A stretch of DNA of 64,000 nucleotides. Source: Escherichia coli. GTDB taxonomy: Bacteria; Pseudomonadota; Gammaproteobacteria; Enterobacterales; Enterobacteriaceae. Below, piece after piece: positions 29,735 through 41,299 of this stretch. The position numbers and the translations under genes are program-made. Positions within the stretch are counted from its first letter, which is position 1. Each line of letters starts with the position of its first letter. The stretch lies in assembly GCF_003334785.1 (NCBI RefSeq), contig NZ_QOWV01000001.1, one strand, 5' to 3'. The notes below the pieces were generated by a model. It did no database searches. It was given only the letters and a program-made list of their open reading frames with translations, and was not told where the DNA came from.

Positions 29735-31956
29735 AGCGTTGGTTCCCCCGGCGGTAACGGTTCAGCCGGGGTCGCGCCCGGAGCAGGCAGCACCTGATAA
29801 GTCTGCACTGGCGCGCGAACGCCCGCCAGGTCGAAATGTTTTTTCACCTGGCTGTCGAGGGCAAAGCGTACCGTCCACTGTTTGAGTGGCAGCGTGGTGA
29901 ACGAAACACGCAGTGTAAACGCGGTATTGCTTAAGCCGACAATCCCGGCAAAATTCGGTTCACCAATAATCAGCCCGCGAATTTCTTCGTTTTCCATTAA
30001 TTCCGCTACCGCATCTTTCAGTGCCTGATTGGCTTTATCAGCATCTTCATGGCGATCAACATCATAATTTGCCACCACCGAACCAATGCCGCGGACAAAG
30101 TTAGCAAAGGTGGTTATCGAAGACCACGGAATGATGTGATACGCCCCGGTATCCTGTCGTACGCCCACGGAGCGAATCGACATCCGTTCCACTGTGCCGG
30201 TCAACGGCCCGATAGTCACCAAATCTCCAGTGTTCATGCCGTTTTCAAACTGAATAAATACCCCGGTGATAATATCTTTCACCAGCGTTTGCGAACCAAA
30301 CGAGATAGCCAGACCTAATGCCCCGGCACCTGCCAGCAATGGCGCGATATTGACGCCGATTTCCGACAACACAATCATGATGGTGATGGTACTGATAATC
30401 ACCGCCAGCGCGTTACGAAACAGCGTAAGCAGGGTACGCGTGCGGGCGCTGGGTAGCGGGCGGCCATGAATATCCGAAGCCAGCCGGTTTTCGATCAAAC
30501 TGGCGAGCACCGTCCAGCCAACCGCCGAGAAGAAAAGAATGAGTGCGATACGGATCAGGATATCTACGGTTTTCTGCCCCGCGCCGTTTTGCAGCCAGTT
30601 CCAGAAATCGAACAATCCCCATGCGCTCAACAGCAACATTACCGCCACGCAGACTGTCAGAATACGCGCCGTTTTCAGCGCCGCCGACAGCCAGCCATTC
30701 AACCGTTTTTGCAGCTCCGGATAGTTACGCTGAGTATGTGGCGAGAGAGTGATGGTTTTCGCCAGCCAGCGGGAAAACATACCGGAAACAAACGCTGCGA
30801 TACCAATAATCGCCAGGCTGCGCACCGTTGCACCCATCATAAATTTCAGGCTGTTGCCCGGATCGAACAACGAAAAGAAAAACAGCACGATAAAATAGGC
30901 GCTTGCCAGCCAGTGCCACACCAGCGCAAAGGCGCGGATAAACAGGCTGAAAAAGGCCAGCGAATGCTCCGCGAAGTTGAGCAAATGCTGGGTAATCTCT
31001 TTTTTATTACGAAAGATCAGGTACAACGCCCAGACGGTCATGCACAGCATAATGATGACGTTCGCCAGCGCACCTATCTGTACATTCACCTGATTAGAGA
31101 TAATCGGCACGGCCACAATCAGGCCATAACCTATCAAACTGCTTAACCAGCTCAGGCGACGACTCCAGTAACGGGCGCTCTCGTCCTGAATCGTGAACGG
31201 GCGCAGCTCCGCCACGTTTGGGCAAAAAATCAGGCGTAGTACGGCTTTGAAAAATTCAATGAGGGCAAAGGCGTTGAGAAACAAACTTTGTTGGAAAGCG
31301 ATGGTGCGACTGCCTGCATTCAGGTTGTCGCTTAATACCTGGCCGACAAATAATGTCAGGGCCAGTAACAGCAGGTCGATAATAAACGCCCCGATAATCA
31401 TCGCCGGAAGCTGCAACCAGTTGCTGCGCTCACGATTTTTTTGCCGCGCCCACTGACCCATTTTGCGATACAGCGGCAGTGCGCACAGGCGAATCAGCCA
31501 GTAAAAACCAAACACTAATACCGCTAACATTGAAAAATGGGTCAGCGCATTGCTGAAGGTTTGTGGATTAAACGGCTTATGCGGGGAGCCGGTGATATTG
31601 CGATAAAGTTGCCCGAAGCGGGCGGAAAGGGCTTCACCATAATGGCGGCTGACTTCGGTGACCTTTTGCAGCACGGTTTGCTCTTCGACCAGCGTCGGCG
31701 GCACTATTTTTGGTACCGGTTCAGCAGGGGGCGTAGCGGCAACGGTGCGCAACTGGTCGATCAACTCTTTACGCGAGGTGTCATTATCCAGCACATCCGC
31801 CAGTGCGCCATAGGCCGCTTTTTTTTGTTCGATATCCGGTTCCGGGGCCGGTTCAGTCGTTGAGTCCGTTGCCGTTGTGGTTGTAACGCCGGGTATGGAT
31901 ACCGCGTGGGCAGGTGCGCCCAGCAGGCAGAAGAGGATGAACAGGATCCACCGCAT
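29731..31956 (-). CDS. ybiO: YbiO, MscS-family mechanosensitive channel (741 aa)
   Basis: ORF 29731..32091 minus; start at ATG 31956 (MRWILFILF, signal peptide); multi-TM plus MscS-like C-terminal domain. Confidence 0.9.
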
Positions 31957-32106
31957 GACTCCTCCAGTGAGAAAATAGAGCAAAAAGATAAGTATAGATG
32001 CTGGAGGAGGGGCGATTTTAAATGAGAGGAATCTGGTGTGCCTCCCTTTCGGGTGAAAGGGAGGAAGGGATATTAAGCAGGTTGCTGACAACGTGCGGGC
32101 TTTTTT

Positions 32107-32206
32107 GCCGGATGCGGCGTGAACGCCTTATCCGTCCTACAAGTTCATGCAATTTTAATAAGTTGCCAGATATCCTGTAGGCCTGATAAGCGTAGCGCAT
32201 CAGGCA
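32107..32206. repeat. REP/BIME cluster downstream of glnQ
   Basis: gccggatgcggcgtgaacgccttatccgtcctac and gtaggcctgataagcgtagcgcatcaggc. Confidence 0.85.
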
Positions 32207-32216
32207 ATGTGTCTTA

Positions 32217-32939
32217 TTAAGAGACGTGCTGCAAAAATTCCTGCAAGCGCTGGCTCGGCGGGTTCTTGATCAACACCTGCGGATTGCCATCTTCCGCAAT
32301 CCGGCCTTTGTCGATAAAGATCAGCCGCGAAGCTACTTTCTCGGCAAAACCGATTTCGTGGGTCACGATCACCATCGTCATCCCTTCTTCAGCCAGATCC
32401 TGCATAACCTTCAGCACTTCATGGCGCAGTTCCGGGTCAAGAGCGGAAGTCGGTTCATCAAACAGCATCATTTTCGGCTTCACCGCCAGCGCGCGGGCAA
32501 TCGCCACACGCTGCTGTTGACCACCAGAAAGTTCGGAAGGGTAGTGATGTGCACGTTCTGCCAGACCGACTTTCGCCAGCAGCTCACGTGCCAGTTTTTC
32601 CGCCTCTTCTTTGTTCGCGCCACGCACGCGTAGCGGGCCAAACATGACGTTTTCCAGCGCTGTCAGATGCGGGAAGAGGTAAAACTGCTGGAACACCATA
32701 CCTGCTTCCTGGCGAATCAGGCGCTCGTCAACTTTCGGATCGTTAACCTTCAGGCCATCGACAATCAGATCGCCGGAGGTGATTTCTTCCAGTTTGTTGA
32801 TGCAGCGCAGCAGGGTCGATTTACCGGAACCGGACGGCCCGATAATCACCACGACTTCGCCCTGGGCAATGTTCAAATCGATATTGTGCAGCACCTGGGT
32901 TGGGCCAAAGTGCTTGGAGACGTTTTTAAATTCAATCAC
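32217..32939 (-). CDS. glnQ: GlnQ, glutamine ABC transporter ATP-binding protein (240 aa)
   Basis: Walker [10 protein letters not shown]; signature LSGGQQQR. Confidence 0.96.
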
Positions 32940-33595
32940 AGGATTTTCATCCTTCTTTCCAGACGACGCAGAATAAAGCTCAGCACCAGGGTAATAATCA
33001 GATAGAACACCGCCACGGCGCTCCAGATCTCAAGGGCGCGGAAGTTACCGGCAATAATTTCTTGCCCCTGACGGGTCAGTTCCGCCACGCCGATCACAAT
33101 AAACAGCGAGGTGTCTTTAATGCTGATGATCCACTGGTTACCCAGCGGCGGCAGCATACGACGCAGTGCCAGCGGTAAAATGACGTAGCGAATGGTTTCC
33201 CAACGTGAAAGACCGAGCGCCAGTCCTGCTTCACGAAAACCTTTGTGGATAGACAGCACCGCACCACGCGTGATTTCCGCAATATACGCGCCGGAGTTGA
33301 TCATGATGGTGACCACCGCCGCAGTAAATGGGTCGATGCGTAAGTCGTTAAACGCCATCGGCAGGGCGAAATAAATAAACATCACCTGGACGACGATAGG
33401 TGTGCCGCGGATCACTTCAATAAAGACCAGCGCGACGTGGTTGGCTATCCAACCTCCGAAGGTGCGTGCAAAACCTGCCAGCAATCCGATTACCAGACCG
33501 CCTGCCAGACCGAGGACCGAAATCCACAGGGTCATTTTGGCACCTTCAATCAGAAGCGGAATGGCAGGCCAGATGGCACTCCAGTCAAACTGCAT
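32936..33595 (-). CDS. glnP: GlnP, glutamine ABC transporter permease (219 aa)
   Basis: ORF 32936..33595 minus; overlaps glnQ start by 4 nt. Confidence 0.96.
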
Positions 33596-33645
33596 ATGTT
33601 GTTCCTGTTACCGTGGTGTAAATAATCAAATTCAGGGTAATTAAT

Positions 33646-33702
33646 GGCCCCGGAGCGGGTTTGCGCCCCTCACCCTAATCCTCTCCCCATAGGGGAGAGG
33701 GA
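33646..33702. repeat. Box C-like repetitive element in glnH-glnP intergenic region
   Basis: gcgcccctcaccctaatcctctccccataggggagagg with perfect inverted repeat cctctcccc/ggggagagg; resembles the enterobacterial Box C family (from memory). Confidence 0.6.
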
Positions 33703-33733
33703 ACTGCCAGTGCGTTTTACAGGTGTAGCGTTA

Positions 33734-34495
<762 letters not shown>

Positions 34496-34534
34496 CTATC
34501 CACGGGACGATCCCCTGCGTGACATTCACATATA

Positions 34535-34550
34535 TGAAAAAATCGTGCCA
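34535..34550 (-). promoter_or_regulatory. Sigma-54 promoter glnHp2 (-24/-12 region)
   Basis: Minus strand reads TGGCACGATTTTTTCA; matches my recollection of glnHp2. Confidence 0.6.
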
Positions 34551-34622
34551 GTTTTGCAACTCCTTGATTTTTCGAGATGCGGCAAAAACGTGATGCACGA
34601 TTTATAGGGCAATACCCTGAAG

Positions 34623-34654
34623 ATGCACCATTCTGGGGCACCAATCTGGTGCGC
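34623..34654. promoter_or_regulatory. Tandem overlapping NtrC binding sites upstream of glnHp2
   Basis: tgcaccattctggggcaccaatctggtgcg contains two matches to TGCACCA-N3-TGGTGCA. Confidence 0.65.
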
Positions 34655-34810
34655 TAAAATTGTGCACTCAACACAGTGATTATTTAGCGTAAAACCTGAT
34701 GAAAAAACAATCTTTATGTAACGATTGTGTGATGATGTGGATACAAAAAATTTACTTAATCAGCTGGAGATAGCAGATGGATGCACTAAATAAGTGCGTT
34801 GAGGTGGGCT

Positions 34811-34842
34811 GCAAAACAAAACGGCCTCCTGTCAGGAAGCCG
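34811..34842 (-). terminator. Putative dps terminator
   Basis: Imperfect hairpin cggcctcctg-t-caggaagccg, followed on the minus strand by a T-rich tract. Confidence 0.5.
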
Positions 34843-34883
34843 CTTTTATCGGGTACTAAAGTTCTGCACCATCAGCGATGGAT

Positions 34884-35531
<648 letters not shown>

Positions 35532-35647
35532 TTAGATATATTGATAAGAACAATTCTTATTTATCTGCTCGCCAGGAATTTTCGGAATAAATATGCTTTT
35601 GCATAATTCGATATATAAAGACGGTGTAGAGGAAAAGTAGCGAGAAA

Positions 35648-35677
35648 TTCTGCATGGTTATGCATAACCATGCAGAA
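35648..35677. terminator. 30-bp perfect palindrome just downstream of rhtA stop (probable rhtA terminator hairpin)
   Basis: ttctgcatggttatgcataaccatgcagaa is self-complementary over its whole length. Confidence 0.5.
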
Positions 35678-35685
35678 ATGTAAAT

Positions 35686-36573
35686 TTAATTAATGTCTAA
35701 TTCTTTTATTTTGCTCTCTTTGCGTACTGTCAGCGTAGACCCCATTGAAGCGGCGATGATAGCGCCGAGCGCCAGTAGCTGTATGGGTGTCAGTGTTTCT
35801 CCGAGGAAAATCATCCCGGAAACGGCAGCCAGCGCCGGTTCCATGCTCATCAGCGTACCAAATGTCCGTGTTGGCAAACGGGTGAGGGCAATCATTTCCA
35901 GCGAATAAGGCAGAGCGGTCGAGAGAATAGCGACAGCCAGACCCAATGGAATAACCGACCAGTGCCAGAGTGCTTCACCAGCCTGAAGCGCTCCAATTGG
36001 CACGAAAATTAACGCTGCAATCAACGAACCAATTGCCACCGTCGCAGGGCCATGTTCCGCTCCTGCGCGTTGCCCACTTAAAATGTAAATAGCCCAACAA
36101 GCCCCGGCCCCCAGTGCCAGCGCACAGCCGGTTAAATCGACATGGGAAACGTCTTGCCCCAGCGGTAGCAGGAACCACAGACCAAGAACCGCCAGCACAA
36201 CCCAGACGAAATCTACCGGGCGACGAGAAGAGAACAGCGCCACCGCCAGTGGTCCGGTGAACTCCAGCGCCACCGCAATACCCAGCGGTACTGTCTGAAT
36301 AGAAAGATAAAAAAGATAATTCATCCCACCCAGCGAAACGCCGTAAAACAACAGCGGTAACCGTTGCTCTTTGGCAAAGCGCAGTCGCCATGGCTTAAAG
36401 AACGCGATGAGGATCAGCGTTCCTAATGCCAGACGCAGCGCAGTGACACCCGGTGCGCCCACCAGAGGAAAAAGTGACTTAGCTAACGAGGCTCCACCCT
36501 GAATAGACGCCATGGCAACGAGCAATATGACTATTGGTAACCAGACCGGCATTTTACGTAATGAACCAGGCAT
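35686..36573 (-). CDS. rhtA: RhtA, threonine/homoserine exporter, DMT superfamily (295 aa)
   Basis: ORF 35686..36585 minus; start at ATG 36573 (MPGSLRKMPV); about 10 TM segments. Confidence 0.93.
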   Translation of the reverse strand: MPGSLRKMPVWLPIVILLVAMASIQGGASLAKSLFPLVGAPGVTALRLALGTLILIAFFKPWRLRFAKEQRLPLLFYGVSLGGMNYLFYLSIQTVPLGIAVALEFTGPLAVALFSSRRPVDFVWVVLAVLGLWFLLPLGQDVSHVDLTGCALALGAGACWAIYILSGQRAGAEHGPATVAIGSLIAALIFVPIGALQAGEALWHWSVIPLGLAVAILSTALPYSLEMIALTRLPTRTFGTLMSMEPALAAVSGMIFLGETLTPIQLLALGAIIAASMGSTLTVRKESKIKELDIN

Positions 36574-36925
36574 CCTTTCTCCCACAAATATCTAGACTTA
36601 AGTAAAGCGTGGAGTGTACTGGATATACCCAATGCTGGTTGAGCATTTGTTGAAAAAATTTTCCCCCGTTTTGACTAAAATGCGCCAGGATTGATGGAAT
36701 CATTAGTCTGGTGATTAGGAATAATCTGGATGAATGACAGGGAAAACATGCGTAATACTTACGCAGTTCTCTGAAAAAGTGATTTAAATTTAGATGGATA
36801 GCGGTGTATGGAAACGTTCTGTTACATGAAATGGCCCGTTAGACATCACAAATCGCGAAGAGTTTCCCATTAATTTTTGATATATTTAAAACTTAGGACT
36901 TATTTGAATCACATTTGAGGTGGTT

Positions 36926-37441
36926 ATGAAAAAAATTGCATGTCTTTCAGCACTGGCCGCAGTTCTGGCTTTCACCGCAGGTACTTCCGTAGCTGCGACT
37001 TCTACTGTAACTGGCGGTTACGCACAGAGCGACGCTCAGGGCCAAATGAACAAAATGGGCGGTTTCAACCTGAAATACCGCTATGAAGAAGACAACAGCC
37101 CGCTGGGTGTGATCGGTTCTTTCACTTACACCGAGAAAAGCCGTACTGCAAGCTCTGGTGACTACAACAAAAACCAGTACTACGGCATCACTGCTGGTCC
37201 GGCTTACCGCATTAACGACTGGGCAAGCATCTACGGTGTAGTGGGTGTGGGTTATGGTAAATTCCAGACCACTGAATACCCGACCTACAAACACGACACC
37301 AGCGACTACGGTTTCTCCTACGGTGCGGGTCTGCAGTTCAACCCGATGGAAAACGTTGCTCTGGACTTCTCTTACGAGCAGAGCCGTATTCGTAGCGTTG
37401 ACGTAGGCACCTGGATTGCCGGTGTTGGTTACCGCTTCTAA
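36926..37441 (+). CDS. ompX: OmpX, outer membrane protein X (171 aa)
   Basis: ORF 36920..37441; start MKKIACLSAL; signal peptide; C-terminal GVGYRF. Confidence 0.96.
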   Translation: MKKIACLSALAAVLAFTAGTSVAATSTVTGGYAQSDAQGQMNKMGGFNLKYRYEEDNSPLGVIGSFTYTEKSRTASSGDYNKNQYYGITAGPAYRINDWASIYGVVGVGYGKFQTTEYPTYKHDTSDYGFSYGAGLQFNPMENVALDFSYEQSRIRSVDVGTWIAGVGYRF

Positions 37442-37456
37442 TCACTTTGGTGATAT

Positions 37457-37486
37457 AAAAAATCCGCCTCTCGGGGCGGATTTTTG
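37457..37486. terminator. Bidirectional rho-independent terminator between ompX and opgE
   Basis: aaaaaa-aatccgcc-tctcgg-ggcggatt-tttt: GC hairpin flanked by A-run and T-run. Confidence 0.8.
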
Positions 37487-37489
37487 TTT

Positions 37490-39073
37490 TTAAGGTTTCG
37501 GGTCGAAAATATCGGTTCCGAGATGGTTGTAATCCACCTTCTGTAACTGGAAGTTGGTGATGTATATCGGCCCGGCTTTCTTCTCAGATATAAACGGGTA
37601 TTTGATGTTAATTTCCTTCGCTTTAATCCCCGTCCACTGGGAGAAAAAGCCTAAGAAGTCATTGGCTGAGCGGCGGGCTTTAATCACACGATGCGCTTTA
37701 TCGTCGCTGGAAATGACCATAAAAGGCACCTGGAAATTTTGCTGATATTTATCATCATGGGCAAGGTATTGCACGTCTTTACCGCGCTCTTTAAAGGCCA
37801 GACCGTGGTCAGAAAAGTAAACCAGCGAGAAGCTGCTGCCGCTGTTGCGTAACTGATCGTACAGCTTGCGCAGTAAATCGTCCGTTTGCGTCATGGTATA
37901 GAGATAGCACGACGTTTCTTTCGATTGCACAAAGGTTTCGTATTTTCCTTGTGTCCTGTCGCAGGCCTGCGGATGTGAGCCCATCAGATGTAGAACAATC
38001 AGCTGCGGTTGCGAGTGCTCTTGCGCCAGCACTTGAGCGGTCATATCCAGTAACGCTTCGTCTTTGGTGTTTTTATCTGCTTCAAAATTACCTTCTTTCA
38101 GGAAGTACACTTCATCTGCTCGTTTGGCGATGCTGGCGATAGCGGTATCGTATTCGCCGATTTGACCCTGGTTGGAAAACCACCAGGTCTGGAAGCCCGC
38201 GCGATTTGCCAGGGTGACAAAGTTATCCTGAAACTGTGGTTTGCCATCGACAACGCGATTGAGCGTTAAGCCAAGCGATTTCTGCGTGGAGCCACTGGCG
38301 GCAATGTAGTCAGCAAATATCAAACCGTTAACGCTGCTGGCAAACGGGGTATTGTCCCAGTGACCGCCAAAGGCACCGAGGGCATCGCGACGCGCGCTTT
38401 CACCGATCACCACCACATAGGTCTGATACTTCGGCTTAACGGCAGTGACCGTCCAGGTATCTTTCATTCCGGAAAGTTTTGCCATCCGTTCTTGCTCTTC
38501 AATCACCTCGTTATTATTGACGATGACATCCTTAGCAAAACGAAATACCGGATAGCCAGTATCTTTCAGTTTAAATACGCCACCCCAGGCCAGGTTTTGC
38601 ACGGGAGCAACAAAAAATGTCGCCACACTGAATACCAGACACAGGCTGTCGAAGGTATTCCAGCGCGCTTTTTCATTCTCTTTTTTTCGCCTGATTGCTA
38701 TTACGCCGAGCGCAAAAATAAATAAGCCGACCAGGTAGCTGTACCACGGAAAAATCGTCAGGATTTCGGTCGACTCTTCCATATTGGTGGAGTGCAATGC
38801 CAGCAATGTATTGAAATTAGGCGCGCCGTAGGCCTGAGCAAAAGGGAAATAACAAGCCGCCACCAGCGAACTGACACCGACCAGAACTTTTTGTACGCGA
38901 GGCAATGTTCGCCATAGCAAAAGCAAAATAGCCGTAAACGCAGCGGTGTAGAGCAAACTGAAGGGGTAACCTAAGCCGAGGTTAATTAATAGCGACTGTA
39001 AAAAGTAGAACGCAGTCCACGGGCTAAATACCCGGCTACGGGTAACAAGCGATTCTTTGAGGGTTAAATTCAT
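37490..39073 (-). CDS. opgE: OpgE (YbiP), phosphoethanolamine transferase (527 aa)
   Basis: ORF 37490..39073 minus; N-terminal TM segments plus sulfatase-like domain. Confidence 0.92.
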   Translation of the reverse strand: MNLTLKESLVTRSRVFSPWTAFYFLQSLLINLGLGYPFSLLYTAAFTAILLLLWRTLPRVQKVLVGVSSLVAACYFPFAQAYGAPNFNTLLALHSTNMEESTEILTIFPWYSYLVGLFIFALGVIAIRRKKENEKARWNTFDSLCLVFSVATFFVAPVQNLAWGGVFKLKDTGYPVFRFAKDVIVNNNEVIEEQERMAKLSGMKDTWTVTAVKPKYQTYVVVIGESARRDALGAFGGHWDNTPFASSVNGLIFADYIAASGSTQKSLGLTLNRVVDGKPQFQDNFVTLANRAGFQTWWFSNQGQIGEYDTAIASIAKRADEVYFLKEGNFEADKNTKDEALLDMTAQVLAQEHSQPQLIVLHLMGSHPQACDRTQGKYETFVQSKETSCYLYTMTQTDDLLRKLYDQLRNSGSSFSLVYFSDHGLAFKERGKDVQYLAHDDKYQQNFQVPFMVISSDDKAHRVIKARRSANDFLGFFSQWTGIKAKEINIKYPFISEKKAGPIYITNFQLQKVDYNHLGTDIFDPKP

Positions 39074-39344
39074 ATGCCACTATCGTAACAAACGCCATGT
39101 GCTTACCCTGGCGTCAAGGGTCAATACCTGCAAGAGTGCGTGAAGAGTGGAAAGGGGTCCGCATCCGCGAGCCGCAATATACGCAGGGCTGCAAGAAGAT
39201 AGAGCGAGCCGCCGTTCAGGTCAACTACTGACGAACAAATCTTTTGCGAAGGGGATTGCAAATCCGACAAAAAGTGGGGTTTTTCAGACCAAAACGCGTT
39301 ATGCCTGCATGAAAGCAGGAGTGAAGCGGCGTACCGCGACGCCG

Positions 39345-39473
39345 CTATTTATCGGAAGGTTTATCTTGCTGCGGTTTGTTGTTGACCATATCGCACAACA
39401 TAGAGAGCAGCATTAACCGTACTTTAAAGGGAGAATGACTAAACACGCGCATACACCTCTTGAACTCATTCAT
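39345..39473 (-). CDS. mntS: MntS, 42-aa manganese-homeostasis small protein (within the rybA transcript)
   Basis: Not in the ORF track (under its size cut-off); minus-strand translation gives MNEFKRCMRVFSHSPFKVRLMLLSMLCDMVNNKPQQDKPSDK, TAG stop at 39347-39345. Confidence 0.85.
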   Translation of the reverse strand: MNEFKRCMRVFSHSPFKVRLMLLSMLCDMVNNKPQQDKPSDK

Positions 39474-39529
39474 AAGACCTCCTGACTTGCTAATCCCGTC
39501 GATCCTTGAGGGATGATTGCATTACATAC

Positions 39530-39565
39530 AGATATAGCACAGGCTATATTATATAGCTATTGCTA
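39530..39565. promoter_or_regulatory. Putative MntR operator between divergent mntS and mntR
   Basis: Palindrome atagc-acag-gctat at 39534-39547 with a second atagc half-site nearby; resembles the MntR site ATAGC-N4-GCTAT as I recall it. Confidence 0.55.
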
Positions 39566-39658
39566 AAACGTTAATTTTTTGTACCTTCGCAACTCTGGTT
39601 TACAATGTGCGCACGAAATGAGAACGCTATGTATGCGTCACCATAATGAGGAAGCACA

Positions 39659-40126
39659 ATGAGTCGTCGCGCAGGTACGCCAACAGCAAAAAAAGTGACG
39701 CAGTTAGTGAACGTGGAAGAGCACGTTGAAGGGTTCCGCCAGGTCAGAGAGGCGCATCGGCGCGAGCTTATTGATGATTACGTTGAGCTGATTTCTGACT
39801 TGATCAGGGAAGTGGGGGAAGCTCGTCAGGTGGACATGGCTGCTCGTCTGGGAGTTTCGCAACCGACGGTGGCTAAAATGCTTAAGCGGCTGGCAACCAT
39901 GGGGCTGATTGAAATGATCCCCTGGCGTGGCGTGTTTTTAACGGCAGAAGGAGAGAAGCTGGCGCAGGAAAGCCGCGAGCGACATCAGATAGTCGAAAAT
40001 TTCTTGTTGGTGTTGGGCGTCAGTCCGGAAATCGCCCGTCGCGACGCGGAAGGCATGGAGCACCATGTTAGTGAAGAGACGCTCGACGCTTTTCGTTTGT
40101 TTACCCAGAAACACGGTGCCAAATGA
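39659..40126 (+). CDS. mntR: MntR, manganese-responsive DtxR-family regulator (155 aa)
   Basis: ORF 39659..40126; GAGGAAG RBS. Confidence 0.95.
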
Positions 40127-41241
40127 GCCTGCCTTTTTTACGCACGCTGCAAGGCGATCGTTTTTTTCAGTTATTAATTCTTGTTGGTATCGGATTAAGC
40201 TTTTTCGTGCCCTTTGCACCGAAATCCTGGCCTGCTGCTATCGACTGGCACACCATCATCACCTTAAGCGGCCTGATGCTGCTGACCAAAGGTGTGGAGT
40301 TAAGCGGTTATTTTGATGTGCTGGGGCGCAAAATGGTGCGCCGCTTTGCTACGGAGCGTCGGCTGGCGATGTTTATGGTGCTGGCGGCGGCGCTGCTTTC
40401 TACCTTTCTGACCAACGATGTCGCGCTGTTTATTGTTGTTCCGCTGACTATCACGCTAAAAAGACTGTGTGAGATCCCGGTTAATCGGCTGATTATTTTT
40501 GAGGCGCTGGCAGTCAACGCTGGTTCGCTACTGACGCCAATTGGCAACCCGCAAAATATTCTTATCTGGGGACGTTCTGGTCTTTCGTTTGCCGGATTTA
40601 TTGCCCAAATGGCACCGCTGGCTGGCGCAATGATGCTGACGCTCCTGCTCCTGTGCTGGTGTTGTTTCCCTGGAAAGGCGATGCAATACCATACGGGGGT
40701 GCAAACACCGGAGTGGAAACCGCGGCTGGTGTGGAGTTGTCTGGGGCTGTATATCGTCTTTCTGACGGCGCTGGAGTTCAAACAAGAGCTGTGGGGACTG
40801 GTGATTGTGGCGGCAGGCTTTGCGCTGCTGGCACGTCGCGTGGTGCTCAGTGTGGACTGGACGCTGCTGCTGGTGTTTATGGCGATGTTTATCGACGTCC
40901 ATTTACTGACCCAGCTTCCAGCGTTGCAAGGCGTGTTGGGTAACGTGAGTCATCTATCTGAACCCGGGTTATGGTTAACGGCAATCGGTTTATCGCAGGT
41001 GATCAGTAACGTGCCGAGTACCATATTGTTGCTGAACTATGTGCCGCCGTCTTTATTACTGGTATGGGCGGTAAACGTAGGTGGCTTTGGGTTATTACCC
41101 GGATCGCTGGCAAATTTGATTGCGCTACGTATGGCGAACGATCGCCGCATCTGGTGGCGTTTCCATCTCTATTCAATACCGATGCTGTTGTGGGCGGCGT
41201 TGGTGGGATATGTTTTGTTAGTTATACTCCCGGCCAACTAG
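40123..41241 (+). CDS. ybiR: YbiR, putative transporter of the ArsB/NhaD (ion transporter) superfamily (372 aa)
   Basis: ORF 40123..41241; start overlaps mntR stop (ATGA); multi-TM. Confidence 0.9.
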
Positions 41242-41251
41242 GGTCTGGCAA

Positions 41252-41286
41252 ATAAAAAAGGCGGATTATGAGTCCGCCTTTTGCTT
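41252..41286. terminator. Bidirectional terminator between ybiR and ldtB
   Basis: aaaaaa-ggcgga-ttatgag-tccgcc-ttttgcttt. Confidence 0.8.
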
Positions 41287-41299
41287 TAAGTTTTGAAGA

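Noticed and set aside
30466-31146. 226-aa plus-strand ORF inside ybiO
   Set aside because: Antisense to the intact mechanosensitive channel gene; Arg/Gln-rich low-complexity translation.
39147-39416. 89-aa plus-strand ORF in the opgE-mntR intergenic region
   Set aside because: It overlaps the minus-strand mntS ORF, whose product I recognise. It has no convincing RBS and an Arg/Ala-rich composition.
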